Origin: Nannocystis bainbridge
Lineage (GTDB): Bacteria > Myxococcota_A > Polyangia > Nannocystales > Nannocystaceae
Length of the DNA: 64,000 bases
Direction of reading: 5' to 3'
Assembly (NCBI RefSeq): GCF_028368995.1
Contig: NZ_JAQNDL010000003.1
Coordinates: 1,248,001 to 1,312,000, forward strand
Of this stretch, positions 10,633 to 20,650 are shown in pieces; positions within the stretch are counted from its first letter, which is position 1; each line of letters begins with the position of its first letter. Position numbers and translations under genes: made by a program. A model generated the notes under the pieces. The model was not told the DNA's origin, made no database searches, and saw only the letters and a program-made list of their open reading frames with translations.

Positions 10633-10851
10633 CCTCGCCAGGCCCGAAGCCGGGCCCCCGGCGCGTACCGGGGGCCTGCGCTTCGAAGCCCCCGAGCTCG
10701 CGCGCATGGCCGCCACCCCGAACCGCCGACTGCTGCGCGCTCGGCTGGCGGCGCTCCGACGATTGCTGGCACCGCGAGATCGGCTCGTGCGCGGCGAGGC
10801 GGGCGGCGATCGCCCGCTTTCGAGCCCCGGGGCGTCGCCCCGACTCCGCGG

Positions 10852-12060
10852 CTACTCCTCGTCCTCGAGGCTCATGCGCACGTGCCTGCGCCCGTCGTCG
10901 ACCGGCGCGCTGGCCCGCGCCGCCAGGGCCTTGGCCGCGCCGTCGGGATCGCCGAGCAGCAGCACCGCCGAGCACGTGCCCGAGTGCGAGAACTTGGCCT
11001 TCTTGCGCAGCACGTAGGCCACGCACTCCTTCAACGGCTTCGGCGCCTTGCCGACCACCTTGGCCTGCAGCAGCTTGCCGTCCTCGAACTCCCACTTGAC
11101 CGCCAGCGCCGCGCCTTCCTTCGCGCACGAGTCGAGCGAGGGCTTGCCCTTCGCCACCCCCGCGACCACCTTCGCCAGCGCCGGCTCGCCCTGCGCGACC
11201 ATGCGGCACGCCAGGTCGCGCGTCTGCAGCCCGCCCGCGTCCAGCTCGGCCGCCTTGGTCGTCAGCTCGAGCTCGACCGGCTTGCCCCCCGACGCGCTCA
11301 GCTGCTTGGCCACGTGGCACGCGTCGTCGTTCTGCCACTCGCACGCCTTGGCGAAGTGCTGCTCGGCCCGCGCCACGTCGCGCCGGGTCCCGGTGCCGTC
11401 GTGGAACGCGATGCCGGCCTTGAAGCAGCCGTACGCGCTGTGACCGACGCACGCGTTGATGTACGCGTTCACCCCGCGCATCTTGGCGTCGGCCGAGCTC
11501 TGCGCGAACAGCAGGTCGCCGACCCCGGTGCAGCCGTCGATGTCGCCGAGCTTGCAGCCGCTCTGATACATCTCGATCGCCTGCGCCACGTCGGCCTCGA
11601 CCCCGCGGCCGGTGTGAAGCTGCTGGGCCGCCCGCGTACACGCCGCCGGCCGCCCGCCCGTGCACGCCTTGGTCGCGTACTCGAGCTCGATCTGCGGCGT
11701 GCCCGTGCCCTCGCGCGCCAGGTCCGAGCGGCGCTCGCACGCCTCCGGGTAGTCGTTCGCGCACGACTTCTCGTACACCTCCGCCGCCTTGACCAGGTCG
11801 ACCGGCCCGCCGCGCCCCGTCTGGTACAGCTCCGCCAGGCGGAAGCACTGGAACCCGTCGTTCTTCTCGCAAACCGCCGTCAACGGCTCGCGCGCGTTGT
11901 CGTAATCCTTGTAGAACATGGCCGCCTCGGCCTGCTCGACGCATTGCGCGCCGAAGCACGAGTCGTCGGCCGGAGCCGCCGAGGACGACTCCTTGTGACA
12001 GCCCGCCAGCGCGAGCGAGAGCATGGCGGCGAAACGAAAACAGCGACCCCTGCGGCGCAC
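10852..12060 (-). CDS. Sel1-like (Cys-rich, Hcp-type) repeat lipoprotein
   Basis: LAGC lipobox; repeated 'A...Y.KAC......C..LG' units (GRGGPVDLVKAA, GRGVEADVAQA). Start GTG 12060 or ATG 12024. Confidence 0.8.
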   Translation of the reverse strand: MRRRGRCFRFAAMLSLALAGCHKESSSAAPADDSCFGAQCVEQAEAAMFYKDYDNAREPLTAVCEKNDGFQCFRLAELYQTGRGGPVDLVKAAEVYEKSCANDYPEACERRSDLAREGTGTPQIELEYATKACTGGRPAACTRAAQQLHTGRGVEADVAQAIEMYQSGCKLGDIDGCTGVGDLLFAQSSADAKMRGVNAYINACVGHSAYGCFKAGIAFHDGTGTRRDVARAEQHFAKACEWQNDDACHVAKQLSASGGKPVELELTTKAAELDAGGLQTRDLACRMVAQGEPALAKVVAGVAKGKPSLDSCAKEGAALAVKWEFEDGKLLQAKVVGKAPKPLKECVAYVLRKKAKFSHSGTCSAVLLLGDPDGAAKALAARASAPVDDGRRHVRMSLEDEE

Positions 12061-12551
12061 CCCGCCATGAAAAGACCAGGTCCGCGGCCACGTCAACGAA
12101 AATCTGGCCGCGGGCCTTGTATGGCGCTCGGCGCCCTGCGGATACCGGCGACGCAGCGATGAATCTCTCTGCCCGCATATCGCACGTGCGCGTGCGCGTA
12201 CGCTCGCCGCGCCCTCGCGCGCAGGCTCGCCTCGCGCGGCTGCCCGGCGCGCGGAGCGTCGAGCTCGCCCGGCCATTCGTCCGGGGCTTGCGGCGATGAA
12301 AGCAAGCTCGGTCGCGCGACCCGCGATCCCCGGCGCGCAGCGACCTCACCCGGCGAGCGTCGTCGCATTCGCAGCAAGCGAATGTCCACACCCCGCGACC
12401 TCGGGGCCGGCGCGCGCAAGCGATGATGCGATCCCCGACGGCCCCGCGCACGACCTGGGGGCCCAGAACCTCAACCCGCCCTTGTGCCGTGAATCTCGCG
12501 CCAGAGCGCGAATGGGCGGCCCTGGGCGCGGACCGGCGTAGAATCGCGGCG

Positions 12552-13763
12552 ATGCAGCGGCTCACGACGATCGCAGTGGTGGTGACGGGGTTCGCCGTCG
12601 CGGCCTGTCCCGGCAATCAGGGCACGATGACGACCGACACCAGCGACCCGACCGGCGATCCGTCCGGCGGCACCGCCGTCGATCCGACCGGCACGAGCGC
12701 GACCGGCTCGACCACCGAAGGCGACCCGCCGACCACCGCCAGCGCCACCTCGTTGCCCGCCAGCGCCACCGACCCCGCGACCTCGACGACCACCACCGGC
12801 GAGCCCGGCACCACCACCGTCTTCACCACCGACGATTCGACGACCACCGTCAATCCCGGCACCACCACCACCACCACGACCACCACCGGCGAGCCTGCGT
12901 GCGGCGACCAGCCGCCGACCCCTGCCGGGCCCGACGTCGTGCTCGCGCCCGAGTTCGCCGGGCTCTACACCACCTACGAGCTCGGCCAGGTCCCCGGCAT
13001 CCCCGTCGATTCGCGCCTCGGCGGCTGCGTCATCTCCAACGAGGATCCCAACCTCCTGCTCGTCGCCGGCGACTCCGAGACCGCCACCGGCAAGGTGTGG
13101 GCGATCGAGGTCGTGCGCGGCGACTGCGACCACATCGTCGGCTTCAACGGCGTCGCCCAGGTCGTCGCCGACACCCCCTACGTCGACGCCAACCTCGCGC
13201 TCGTCGACTCCGGCCTGATGTTCTACACCGCCTGGCCGATCAACCAGATCGGTCAATTGCTGCCCGGCCAGATGGCCCCCGCCGTCACCACCGACATGGC
13301 CTCGCTCGGCGTCGTCAACTCGGTCAGCGGCCTCGGCTTCGTGCCCCCGGGCTTCGCCGACGCCGGCGGCATGCGCACGATCACCTGGCCCGGCGGCAAT
13401 TGGTATCACCTCGACCGCACCGCCAATGGCAACACCTTCACCCTCGCCAACGCCCAGCAGACCGCCACCCTGCAATTCGGCCCCGGCGGCTTCGCCTACG
13501 TGCCCAAGGGCTCGCCCGGGTTCGACGTCGACCACCTGATCGTCTCCGAGTGGTCGGCCGGGACTGTCGGCGTCTACCAGGTCGACGCCCAGGGCGACCC
13601 GCTGGCCGAGTCGCGCAAGGACTTCTACCTCGACTTCCCGAGCCCCTGGGGCGCCTATTTCGAGCCGCTCACCGGCGACTTCATGTTCCTGACCTGGGGC
13701 GCCGGGCAGGACCGGATCTACATCGTCCAGGGCTTCGAGGCCCCGCCGCCCATCCCGCAATGA
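12552..13763 (+). CDS. Lipoprotein with Thr-rich linker and putative beta-propeller-like C-terminal domain
   Basis: VAAC lipobox; poly-Thr linker; beta-rich C-terminal domain with GC3-biased codons. Confidence 0.7.
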   Translation: MQRLTTIAVVVTGFAVAACPGNQGTMTTDTSDPTGDPSGGTAVDPTGTSATGSTTEGDPPTTASATSLPASATDPATSTTTTGEPGTTTVFTTDDSTTTVNPGTTTTTTTTTGEPACGDQPPTPAGPDVVLAPEFAGLYTTYELGQVPGIPVDSRLGGCVISNEDPNLLLVAGDSETATGKVWAIEVVRGDCDHIVGFNGVAQVVADTPYVDANLALVDSGLMFYTAWPINQIGQLLPGQMAPAVTTDMASLGVVNSVSGLGFVPPGFADAGGMRTITWPGGNWYHLDRTANGNTFTLANAQQTATLQFGPGGFAYVPKGSPGFDVDHLIVSEWSAGTVGVYQVDAQGDPLAESRKDFYLDFPSPWGAYFEPLTGDFMFLTWGAGQDRIYIVQGFEAPPPIPQ

Positions 13764-13859
13764 CGGCACCGCCGCGCCGCTGCCACGATTGCCGCGGTCA
13801 CCTCCGCGCGCCCGGGCGCGGACCCGCGACTTGACGCCCCCGGCCCCGCTCGTCGCATC

Positions 13860-14558
13860 ATGGCGACCAGGGGAAAAGCGTTCATGAGTGATCGATACGG
13901 GAAGGTCGCGGGCGCCGCGGCGGCGCGGGGCTTCGACACCAACGTCGTGGTCGCCGCCGACGTGGCGCGCAAGTTCGTCGCCGACGGCTACAGGTTCTGC
14001 GTCCGTTACGTCAGCCACAGCGAGAGCGAGGGCGACAGCGACATCTCGCGCGCCGAGGTCGAGGCGATCCTCGGCGCCGGCCTGGCGCTGATGATCGTCC
14101 AGCACGTGCGCCGCTCCGGCTGGTCGCCGACCGCGGCGCTCGGCAGCAGCGACGGCGCGCTCGCAGTGCGCCACCTGCAGGAGATCGGCGCGCCGCCGCA
14201 GCTCACGGTGTGGACCGACGTCGAGGGCGTCGACCCCAGCGCGCCGGCCAACAACATCCTCACTTACGGCAACGCCTGGTACAAGGCCGTCGCCGCCGCC
14301 GGCTTCACGCCCGGCCTCTACGTCGGCCGCTTGCCGCTGACCAGCGCGCAGCTGTACCGCGGCCTCAAGTTCCGCAACTACTGGAAATCGGGCATCACCA
14401 CCGTCGAAGTCCAGACCCGCGGCTATCAGATGCTGCAGCTGCCGCCCGCCAACGACCTCGTGCACGGCATCCACATCGATCACGACGCGACCCAGCCCGA
14501 CGACCTCGGCGACCTGCCCACCTGGTGGGTCGGCCCCGGCGACCTGCCCGTCAGCTGA
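13860..14558 (+). CDS. DUF1906 (Rv2525c-like, GH25-related) glycoside hydrolase
   Basis: GFDT...GYRFCVRY...EVEAILGAGLAL...WTDVEG...GLYVG...YW...Q...HIDHD. Confidence 0.8.
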   Translation: MATRGKAFMSDRYGKVAGAAAARGFDTNVVVAADVARKFVADGYRFCVRYVSHSESEGDSDISRAEVEAILGAGLALMIVQHVRRSGWSPTAALGSSDGALAVRHLQEIGAPPQLTVWTDVEGVDPSAPANNILTYGNAWYKAVAAAGFTPGLYVGRLPLTSAQLYRGLKFRNYWKSGITTVEVQTRGYQMLQLPPANDLVHGIHIDHDATQPDDLGDLPTWWVGPGDLPVS

Positions 14559-14562
14559 GCGC

Positions 14563-15249
14563 TCACTCCTTGTCGGGCCGCAGCGGCGCCTCCACGCGCG
14601 CGTGCGGCCCCGTGCGCGCCGCCGGCGTGGTCCAGCCGAGGCGATGCGACACCACCCGCAGCAAGAACGTCACCGCGATCGCCAGCGCCGCCGCGCGCGG
14701 CGGCGGCAGCTCGAGCGCCACGGTGAGCCCGCAGAACAGCGAAGCGCCGGCGCCGGCGACCAGCGCGTAGTACTCGCCCGGCTTGAACAAGAACGGCTCC
14801 TCGCGCACCAGCACGTCGCGCAGCAGCCCGCCGCCGACGGCATTGATCACCCCGATGAAGCACGCCGCGCCGATCCCGAGCCCGATCGCCAGCGATTTCT
14901 GCACCCCGACCACCGCGTACGTGCCGAGCCCGATCGCGTCGACCACGAACAACATCCCGCGGATCCGGTCGAGCGCCGCCGCGAAGAAATAGCCGCACAC
15001 GCTGGCGATCAGCACCACCAGCAGATAGCGCCCGTCCTGCACGCACACCGGCGGCCCCTGCTGCAAGAACAGCCCGTCGCGCAGCAGCCCGCCGCCGACC
15101 CCGGTCGCCAGCGCCACCACGAACAATCCGACCGGGTCATAGCCGCGACGCGCGGCCAGCAGCGCGCCGCTGAGCCCGAACAGCAGCGTCGCGCCGAGGT
15201 CGAAGTAGAGCGGCAGCTGAAAGAACTCCTCCGGGTGGACGGCGACCAC
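14563..15249 (-). CDS. Trimeric intracellular cation channel / UPF0126 membrane protein
   Basis: Duplicated GVGGGLLRD / AVGGGLLRDVL motifs, DAIGLG, 7 TM segments. Confidence 0.9.
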   Translation of the reverse strand: MVAVHPEEFFQLPLYFDLGATLLFGLSGALLAARRGYDPVGLFVVALATGVGGGLLRDGLFLQQGPPVCVQDGRYLLVVLIASVCGYFFAAALDRIRGMLFVVDAIGLGTYAVVGVQKSLAIGLGIGAACFIGVINAVGGGLLRDVLVREEPFLFKPGEYYALVAGAGASLFCGLTVALELPPPRAAALAIAVTFLLRVVSHRLGWTTPAARTGPHARVEAPLRPDKE

Positions 15250-15515
15250 GCGCCGAGTTTAGCCCCCGCCAGGCGCGCGCGGATCTGCCGAACCCCCGCC
15301 GCTGCCAGCGGCCGCAGGACCCCCCGGGCGCCGCCCTCTCGCCGTCCTCGCCGCAGATCGTCCGCAGGCACGCGCGCCACGTCGAGGTCGGCCCGCGCCT
15401 GCAGCGAGCAGCCCCCGCGATCGCCGCGAATCGACCCGAAGCATCGGCGGCCGCGCCGCGCAGTGTGATCTGGTCGGCAACGCCGCGCGCGCCCGGCCTC
15501 TAGACTCCGCCGCCC

Positions 15516-16028
15516 ATGTCCACGCCCGACAAAATGTCCATGAGCGACCGCGTCATCATCGGCCTGCTGGCGTTCTTCCTCTGCATCGCCTTCTCGCTCG
15601 AGCTCTACTGGATCGTCTTCAACGACAGCCTGGTCGCTCGCGCCGACCACGAGCTGTTCGCTCGGCTGTTCCAGATCTACGGCGACGCCGACCGGGCGTA
15701 CTTCGACAAGGTCACGCCGATGGCGATCGGCCTCGAGCAGATCAACGTGTTCGTCACCCAGATCGTCAACGTCTGGCTGCTGTGGGCGATCGTCCAGCGC
15801 GTGTACTACCGCCACATCCTCCAGCTCGTGGTCGGCTCGTACCTCGCCTACTCGGTGGTGCTCTACTTCTGGGCCGCGCACGTCACCGGCTACCCGGACA
15901 TGCGGTACCAGTCGCCCTACACGTTCTTCCTGTTCTACGCGCCCAACCTGCCGTGGCTGCTCGGCTACGCCTACATGGCCTGGGACTCGATCCGCCAGCT
16001 CGGCGCGCGCCTGCGCCACGACGCCTGA
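15516..16028 (+). CDS. EXPERA / emopamil-binding-protein (sterol delta8-delta7 isomerase-like) membrane protein
   Basis: 4 TM helices; ELY, IYGDADRAY, GLEQINV, QLVVGSYLAYSVVLYF, PNLPW match EBP-family signatures recalled from memory. Confidence 0.7.
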   Translation: MSTPDKMSMSDRVIIGLLAFFLCIAFSLELYWIVFNDSLVARADHELFARLFQIYGDADRAYFDKVTPMAIGLEQINVFVTQIVNVWLLWAIVQRVYYRHILQLVVGSYLAYSVVLYFWAAHVTGYPDMRYQSPYTFFLFYAPNLPWLLGYAYMAWDSIRQLGARLRHDA

Positions 16029-16110
16029 GCGCAGCGGCCCCGCCGGCTGGCGACTTCGCCCGCCGCGGCGCTCCCCGGCCGCGTGCTAACGTCGGCCGCG
16101 GAGCACCCGC

Positions 16111-16668
16111 GTGACCACGTTGAAGCCCTTCCGTTACGGCGCCAGCCGCGAGCTGGCGACCACGCCGATCTTCCGCCTGCAGGAGATCGAGGCCGAGCAC
16201 CCGCGCACCGGCAGCCTGCGGCCCTACGTCACCCTCGACACGCCCGATTGGGTCAACCTGATCGCGCTGACGCCGGAGCGGCAGCTGGTCCTGGTCCGTC
16301 AGTGGCGCCACGGCACCCGCCGCTTCGAGCTCGAGCTGCCGGCCGGCGCGATCGAGCCGGGCGAGACGCCCGAACAGGCGGCCGCGCGTGAGCTGCTCGA
16401 AGAGACAGGTTACTCCGCCGCCTCGATCGTCCGCCTCGGCGAGGTCGCCCCCAACGCCGCCTACCAGACCAACCGCTGCTTCACCGTGCTCGCCGAGGGC
16501 TGCCGCCGCACCGGCGAGACCGCCTTCGACGAGGGCGAGGACATCGAGGTCGTCCTCTGCGACCCCGCCGAGCTGCGCCCGCAGATCGGCGACACCGTGA
16601 TCAACTCGATGGTCATCTGCGGCCTCTATTGGTGGCTGTCGTACGAGGGCCGAGTCACCTGGCCCTGA
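16111..16668 (+). CDS. NUDIX hydrolase (ADP-ribose pyrophosphatase-like)
   Basis: [27 protein letters not shown] Nudix box; LVRQWR. Confidence 0.9.
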   Translation: MTTLKPFRYGASRELATTPIFRLQEIEAEHPRTGSLRPYVTLDTPDWVNLIALTPERQLVLVRQWRHGTRRFELELPAGAIEPGETPEQAAARELLEETGYSAASIVRLGEVAPNAAYQTNRCFTVLAEGCRRTGETAFDEGEDIEVVLCDPAELRPQIGDTVINSMVICGLYWWLSYEGRVTWP

Positions 16669-16675
16669 GGACAGC

Positions 16676-17128
16676 TCAACGATCCAGCCCGGCTCGCCGC
16701 TCCTCCACCGCTCCACCCGTGCGCCGCCCCGCCCGCTCGCGCAGCGTCGCCAGCCCGGCCAGCACGCAGTCGAGGTCTTGCTCGGCCGTCCCGCCGCTGG
16801 CCCCGATCGCCCCGACGGCCCGGCCTGCCAGCACGATCGGCGACCCCGCCCCGATCGACACCACCCGCGGCAGCCGGGACCCACCGGCGGGCAGCGCCTC
16901 GCGCCTGGTCGGCGCCCCGAACAGCGCCGCGAAGGCCCTGCTCTGCGCCACCTCGGTGCTGACGAGCGGCGCCCCGGCCATGCGACACAGCGCCATCACC
17001 AGCCCGTTGGCGTCGACCACCGCCACCGAATGCGGCACCCCGAGCGAACGCGCCCGCTCGACCACGGCGAACACGATCGCCTGGGCCGTGAGGTGCGAGA
17101 CGCTGAACTTGACGTGACTCGATTTCAT
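16676..17128 (-). CDS. GlcG/HbpS-family heme-binding protein
   Basis: SVAVVDANG...RMAGA...GSPIV...VGAIGASGGTAEQD. Confidence 0.8.
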   Translation of the reverse strand: MKSSHVKFSVSHLTAQAIVFAVVERARSLGVPHSVAVVDANGLVMALCRMAGAPLVSTEVAQSRAFAALFGAPTRREALPAGGSRLPRVVSIGAGSPIVLAGRAVGAIGASGGTAEQDLDCVLAGLATLRERAGRRTGGAVEERRAGLDR

Positions 17129-18036
17129 GGTGGTCCTCCCGCTGTGCCGCGCCATCGATTCGTAACGCCCATTCGCCGCATGTCCGCGACCGACCTGCCA
17201 AACGTCCCGGGCGACCTGCCGGCACACCGCCGACGCGATCGCCGAGCATCATACTCGCGTCGTGCGGGGCCGGCGCGGCCGTCGAAGCCGTCCTGAAGGC
17301 CCGCAACAGCGCGAGCGCGACCGGACCGCGGCGCCGCCGGGCTCGCGCCCGCGCCCCGGCGAATGCTTTGACTCGCCCTGCGTGGGTGCCCGCCGCCCGT
17401 GCCCACAACCGTCCGCGACGGTGACGCCTCGGCGCGTGTGGACCGACACGGGCGCACGCCAGCGGCTGCCAACGGATTCGCCGGCGACCCAGCCGCCTGA
17501 GCCGCACCGCAGATCTGCCTGCGCAGCCGCTTGCACGCCCGCCCCGGCGCGCCCGCGAGGCCCCGTTTCACCGCCCAACGACGTACTCACAGCATTCGCC
17601 GCCAATGCGAGCACCGCCGACCCGTCGCGCCGGGCGGGCGCGGGCCCCCACGCCCGACCCACACCGCCCGCATGTGCGCCGCGTGTGTCGCCTCATTCGT
17701 CGCACTGCGCCCCCATCAATCGCGCCACCCCACGGCCGAGCCCGCCGCCGCGGATTCGAGGTACGCCCAACCATTGTCGACACTGGACCCAGCTCCCCGC
17801 ACCGCCGGCCGCCCGGAGAGATCTGCCTCGACCGCGTCCTCCCCGTGACAGCCCAGCAAGCTTTTCGATGGACCGCGGACTGCTCTCGCGGACCTGCCCC
17901 GTCCTCGCACCCGCGTCTGGCTCCACGCCGACAGTCCTCGCGAACGCCTCGCTACCGCCGCGTATCACCGCCATGCTCCACGTGCCCACGATGCCCGGCG
18001 AACGGCGTCACCGCGCGCTGTGGTAGGGTCCGCCCG

Positions 18037-20469
18037 ATGCAGCGCATGCGAATCATAGATCGTCCCGTTACCCTCGCTCTGGTCGGCTGCCTGTGGCTGA
18101 CGGCCTGCCCCAATACTCCGCCCACCAACGAGACCGACGCGACCAGCGGCAGCAGCGGCACCGACACCACCACCGATTCCCAGACCACGACGCCGACGAC
18201 GACGACGATCCCCACGACCTCGACCACCGACGTCACCACCACCACCGACACCGCGACCACGACGACCACCACCGGCGATACCGAGACCACCGGCGGCGAC
18301 GGTGTGTGCGGCGACGGCATGCTCGACGACGGCGAGGCGTGCGACGACGGGGCCGACAACGGCGCCGGCAAGAGCTGCAACGCCGCCTGCGTCCTCAACG
18401 TCTGCGGCGACGGCGACGCCGGCCCTGACGAGGCCTGCGACGACGGGGCCGACAACGCCGACGGCAACAGCTGCAAAGCCGACTGTACCGACAACGTCTG
18501 CGGCGACGGGGCCAAGGGCCCCGGCGAGGGCTGCGACGACGGCAACGACGTCGACGACGACGACTGCAGCAATATGTGCGCCCTGGCCTCGTGCGGCGAC
18601 GGGGTGGTCGGCCCGGCCGAGCAGTGCGACGACGCCAACATGGACAGCACCGACGAATGCACGGAGGCCTGCACCCTGCCCGCGTGCAGCGACGGCCACC
18701 TGCAGACCGGCGCCGGCGAACAGTGCGACGAGGGCCCGGCCAACGCCGACGCGGCCGCCTGCACCGGCGATTGCAAGCTCGCGGTGTGCGGCGACGGCCA
18801 CGTGTTCTCGACCGGCGACGGCCTCGAGCAGTGCGACAACGGCGGCGACAACGGCCCCGGCAAGGCGTGCAAGGCCGACTGCACGCTCAACCTCTGCGGC
18901 GACGGCGACGCCGGCCCCGAGGAGGCCTGCGACGACGGCAACCAGGACCCCGGCGACGGCTGCTCGGCGACGTGCAAGCTCGAGGGCTGCGGCAACGGCG
19001 AGCTCGACCCCGGCGAGGCCTGCGACGACGCCCAGAACGGCGACAACGACGACGGCTGCACCGACCTCTGCAAGCTGCCCGCCTGCGGCGACGGCTTCGA
19101 GCAGACCAATGAGGGCGAGGGCTGCGACCTCGGGCCGCAGAACAGCGACACCGGCGCCTGCACCCTGCTCTGCGCCGACGCGACCTGCGGCGACGGCCTC
19201 GTCCACGGCGGCGTCGAGCAGTGCGACGACGGCCCCAACAACGGCCCCGGCAAGGCGTGCAAGGCCGGCTGCATGGCCAACATCTGCGGCGACGGCGACC
19301 TCGGCCCCGGCGAGGGCTGCGACGACGGCAACCTGAATGACGACGACGCCTGCACCTCCGCGTGCAAGCCGGCCGCCTGCGGCGACGGCGTCAAGCAGCC
19401 CGGCGAGCAGTGCGACCTCGGCGGCGCCAACGACAACACCGGCGCCTGCACCTCGATGTGCACCCTGCCCGTCTGCGGCGACAACTTCGTCCAGCCCGGA
19501 GCCGGCGAGACCTGCGACGACGGCAACCTCTCCAACAGCGACGCCTGCCTCGCCACCTGCAAGCTCGCCGCCTGCCATGACACCTTCCTCCACGTCGGCG
19601 TCGAGCAGTGCGACGACGGCAACATGGTCGACACCGACGCCTGCGTGCTGGGGTGCCTCGACGCCAAGTGCGGCGACGGCCTCCTGCACGCCGGCGTCGA
19701 GCAGTGCGACGACGCCAACACCGTCGCCACCGACGCCTGCACCGACAGTTGCAAGCCCGCGACCTGCGGCGACGGCATCGTCTGGGCCGGCCAGGAGCAG
19801 TGCGACGACGCCAACGCCAACGACAACGACGCCTGCACCAACGCCTGCACCGTCGGCCTGTGCGCCAACGGGACCCAAAACGCCGGCGAGCTCGGCGTCG
19901 ACTGCGGCGGCCCGTGCCCCAAGCAATGCCTCGTGATCAACGAGGTCGACTACGACCAGCCGGGCACGGACAACGCCGAGTTCGTGGAGATCTACAACGT
20001 CTCGAGCGGCCCGGTGAGCCTCGCCGGCCACTGGCTGGTGCCGGTCAACGGCAACGGCAACGCGCCCTACTCGGCGGTGGACCTCGGCGCGTCGTTCCCC
20101 TCGCTCGCCGCGGGGCAGTACCTCGTCGTCATCTGGGGCAACGTGACGGTCCCGGCCGGGCAGCTCAAGCTGGTCGCCAACATGATGAGCGTCATCCTCC
20201 AGAACGGCTCGCCCGACGGCGTGGCGCTGGTCCACGTCCCGAGCAAGCAGTACATCGACGCCCTCTCCTACGCCGGCGAGATCAACGGCGTGAACTTCAT
20301 GGGCGTGGGCCCCTTCAACCTGGTCGAGGGCACGCCCGCCAACCTCGTCGACTCCGCCAACAACCCCGGGTCGCTGAGCCGGATCCCCAACGGCATCGAC
20401 ACCAACCAGATGAGCGTCGACTGGAAGTTCGTCAACACCCCGACCCCGGGCGCCGCCAACGTGCCCTGA
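18037..20469 (+). CDS. Lipoprotein with ~17 Myxococcus Cys-rich (DUF4215) repeats and C-terminal lamin-tail domain
   Basis: LTAC lipobox; CGDG...E.CDDGN....D.C...C repeats; LVINEVDYDQPGTDNAEFVEIYN...PTPGAAN. Confidence 0.85.
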   Translation: MQRMRIIDRPVTLALVGCLWLTACPNTPPTNETDATSGSSGTDTTTDSQTTTPTTTTIPTTSTTDVTTTTDTATTTTTTGDTETTGGDGVCGDGMLDDGEACDDGADNGAGKSCNAACVLNVCGDGDAGPDEACDDGADNADGNSCKADCTDNVCGDGAKGPGEGCDDGNDVDDDDCSNMCALASCGDGVVGPAEQCDDANMDSTDECTEACTLPACSDGHLQTGAGEQCDEGPANADAAACTGDCKLAVCGDGHVFSTGDGLEQCDNGGDNGPGKACKADCTLNLCGDGDAGPEEACDDGNQDPGDGCSATCKLEGCGNGELDPGEACDDAQNGDNDDGCTDLCKLPACGDGFEQTNEGEGCDLGPQNSDTGACTLLCADATCGDGLVHGGVEQCDDGPNNGPGKACKAGCMANICGDGDLGPGEGCDDGNLNDDDACTSACKPAACGDGVKQPGEQCDLGGANDNTGACTSMCTLPVCGDNFVQPGAGETCDDGNLSNSDACLATCKLAACHDTFLHVGVEQCDDGNMVDTDACVLGCLDAKCGDGLLHAGVEQCDDANTVATDACTDSCKPATCGDGIVWAGQEQCDDANANDNDACTNACTVGLCANGTQNAGELGVDCGGPCPKQCLVINEVDYDQPGTDNAEFVEIYNVSSGPVSLAGHWLVPVNGNGNAPYSAVDLGASFPSLAAGQYLVVIWGNVTVPAGQLKLVANMMSVILQNGSPDGVALVHVPSKQYIDALSYAGEINGVNFMGVGPFNLVEGTPANLVDSANNPGSLSRIPNGIDTNQMSVDWKFVNTPTPGAANVP

Positions 20470-20564
20470 GCCCGCCGAGGCCGCAGCGCCTCGCCCGAAG
20501 CATCGATCCGCGCGTCGCCCCGAGCCCTCGAGGACCCGACGCGACGCGCAGATCTTATCCAATC

Positions 20565-20612
20565 ATATGTCCAACCGGACATGCTCCTGAGAGCATGTCC
20601 GTGTGGACATCT
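20565..20612. repeat. Four phased hexamers at 14-bp period
   Basis: ATATGT 20565, ACATGC 20579, GCATGT 20593, ACATCT 20607. Confidence 0.8.
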
Positions 20613-20650
20613 CATGACATCGGCCGCAGGACCTCCGGGCGCGCCGGCGC

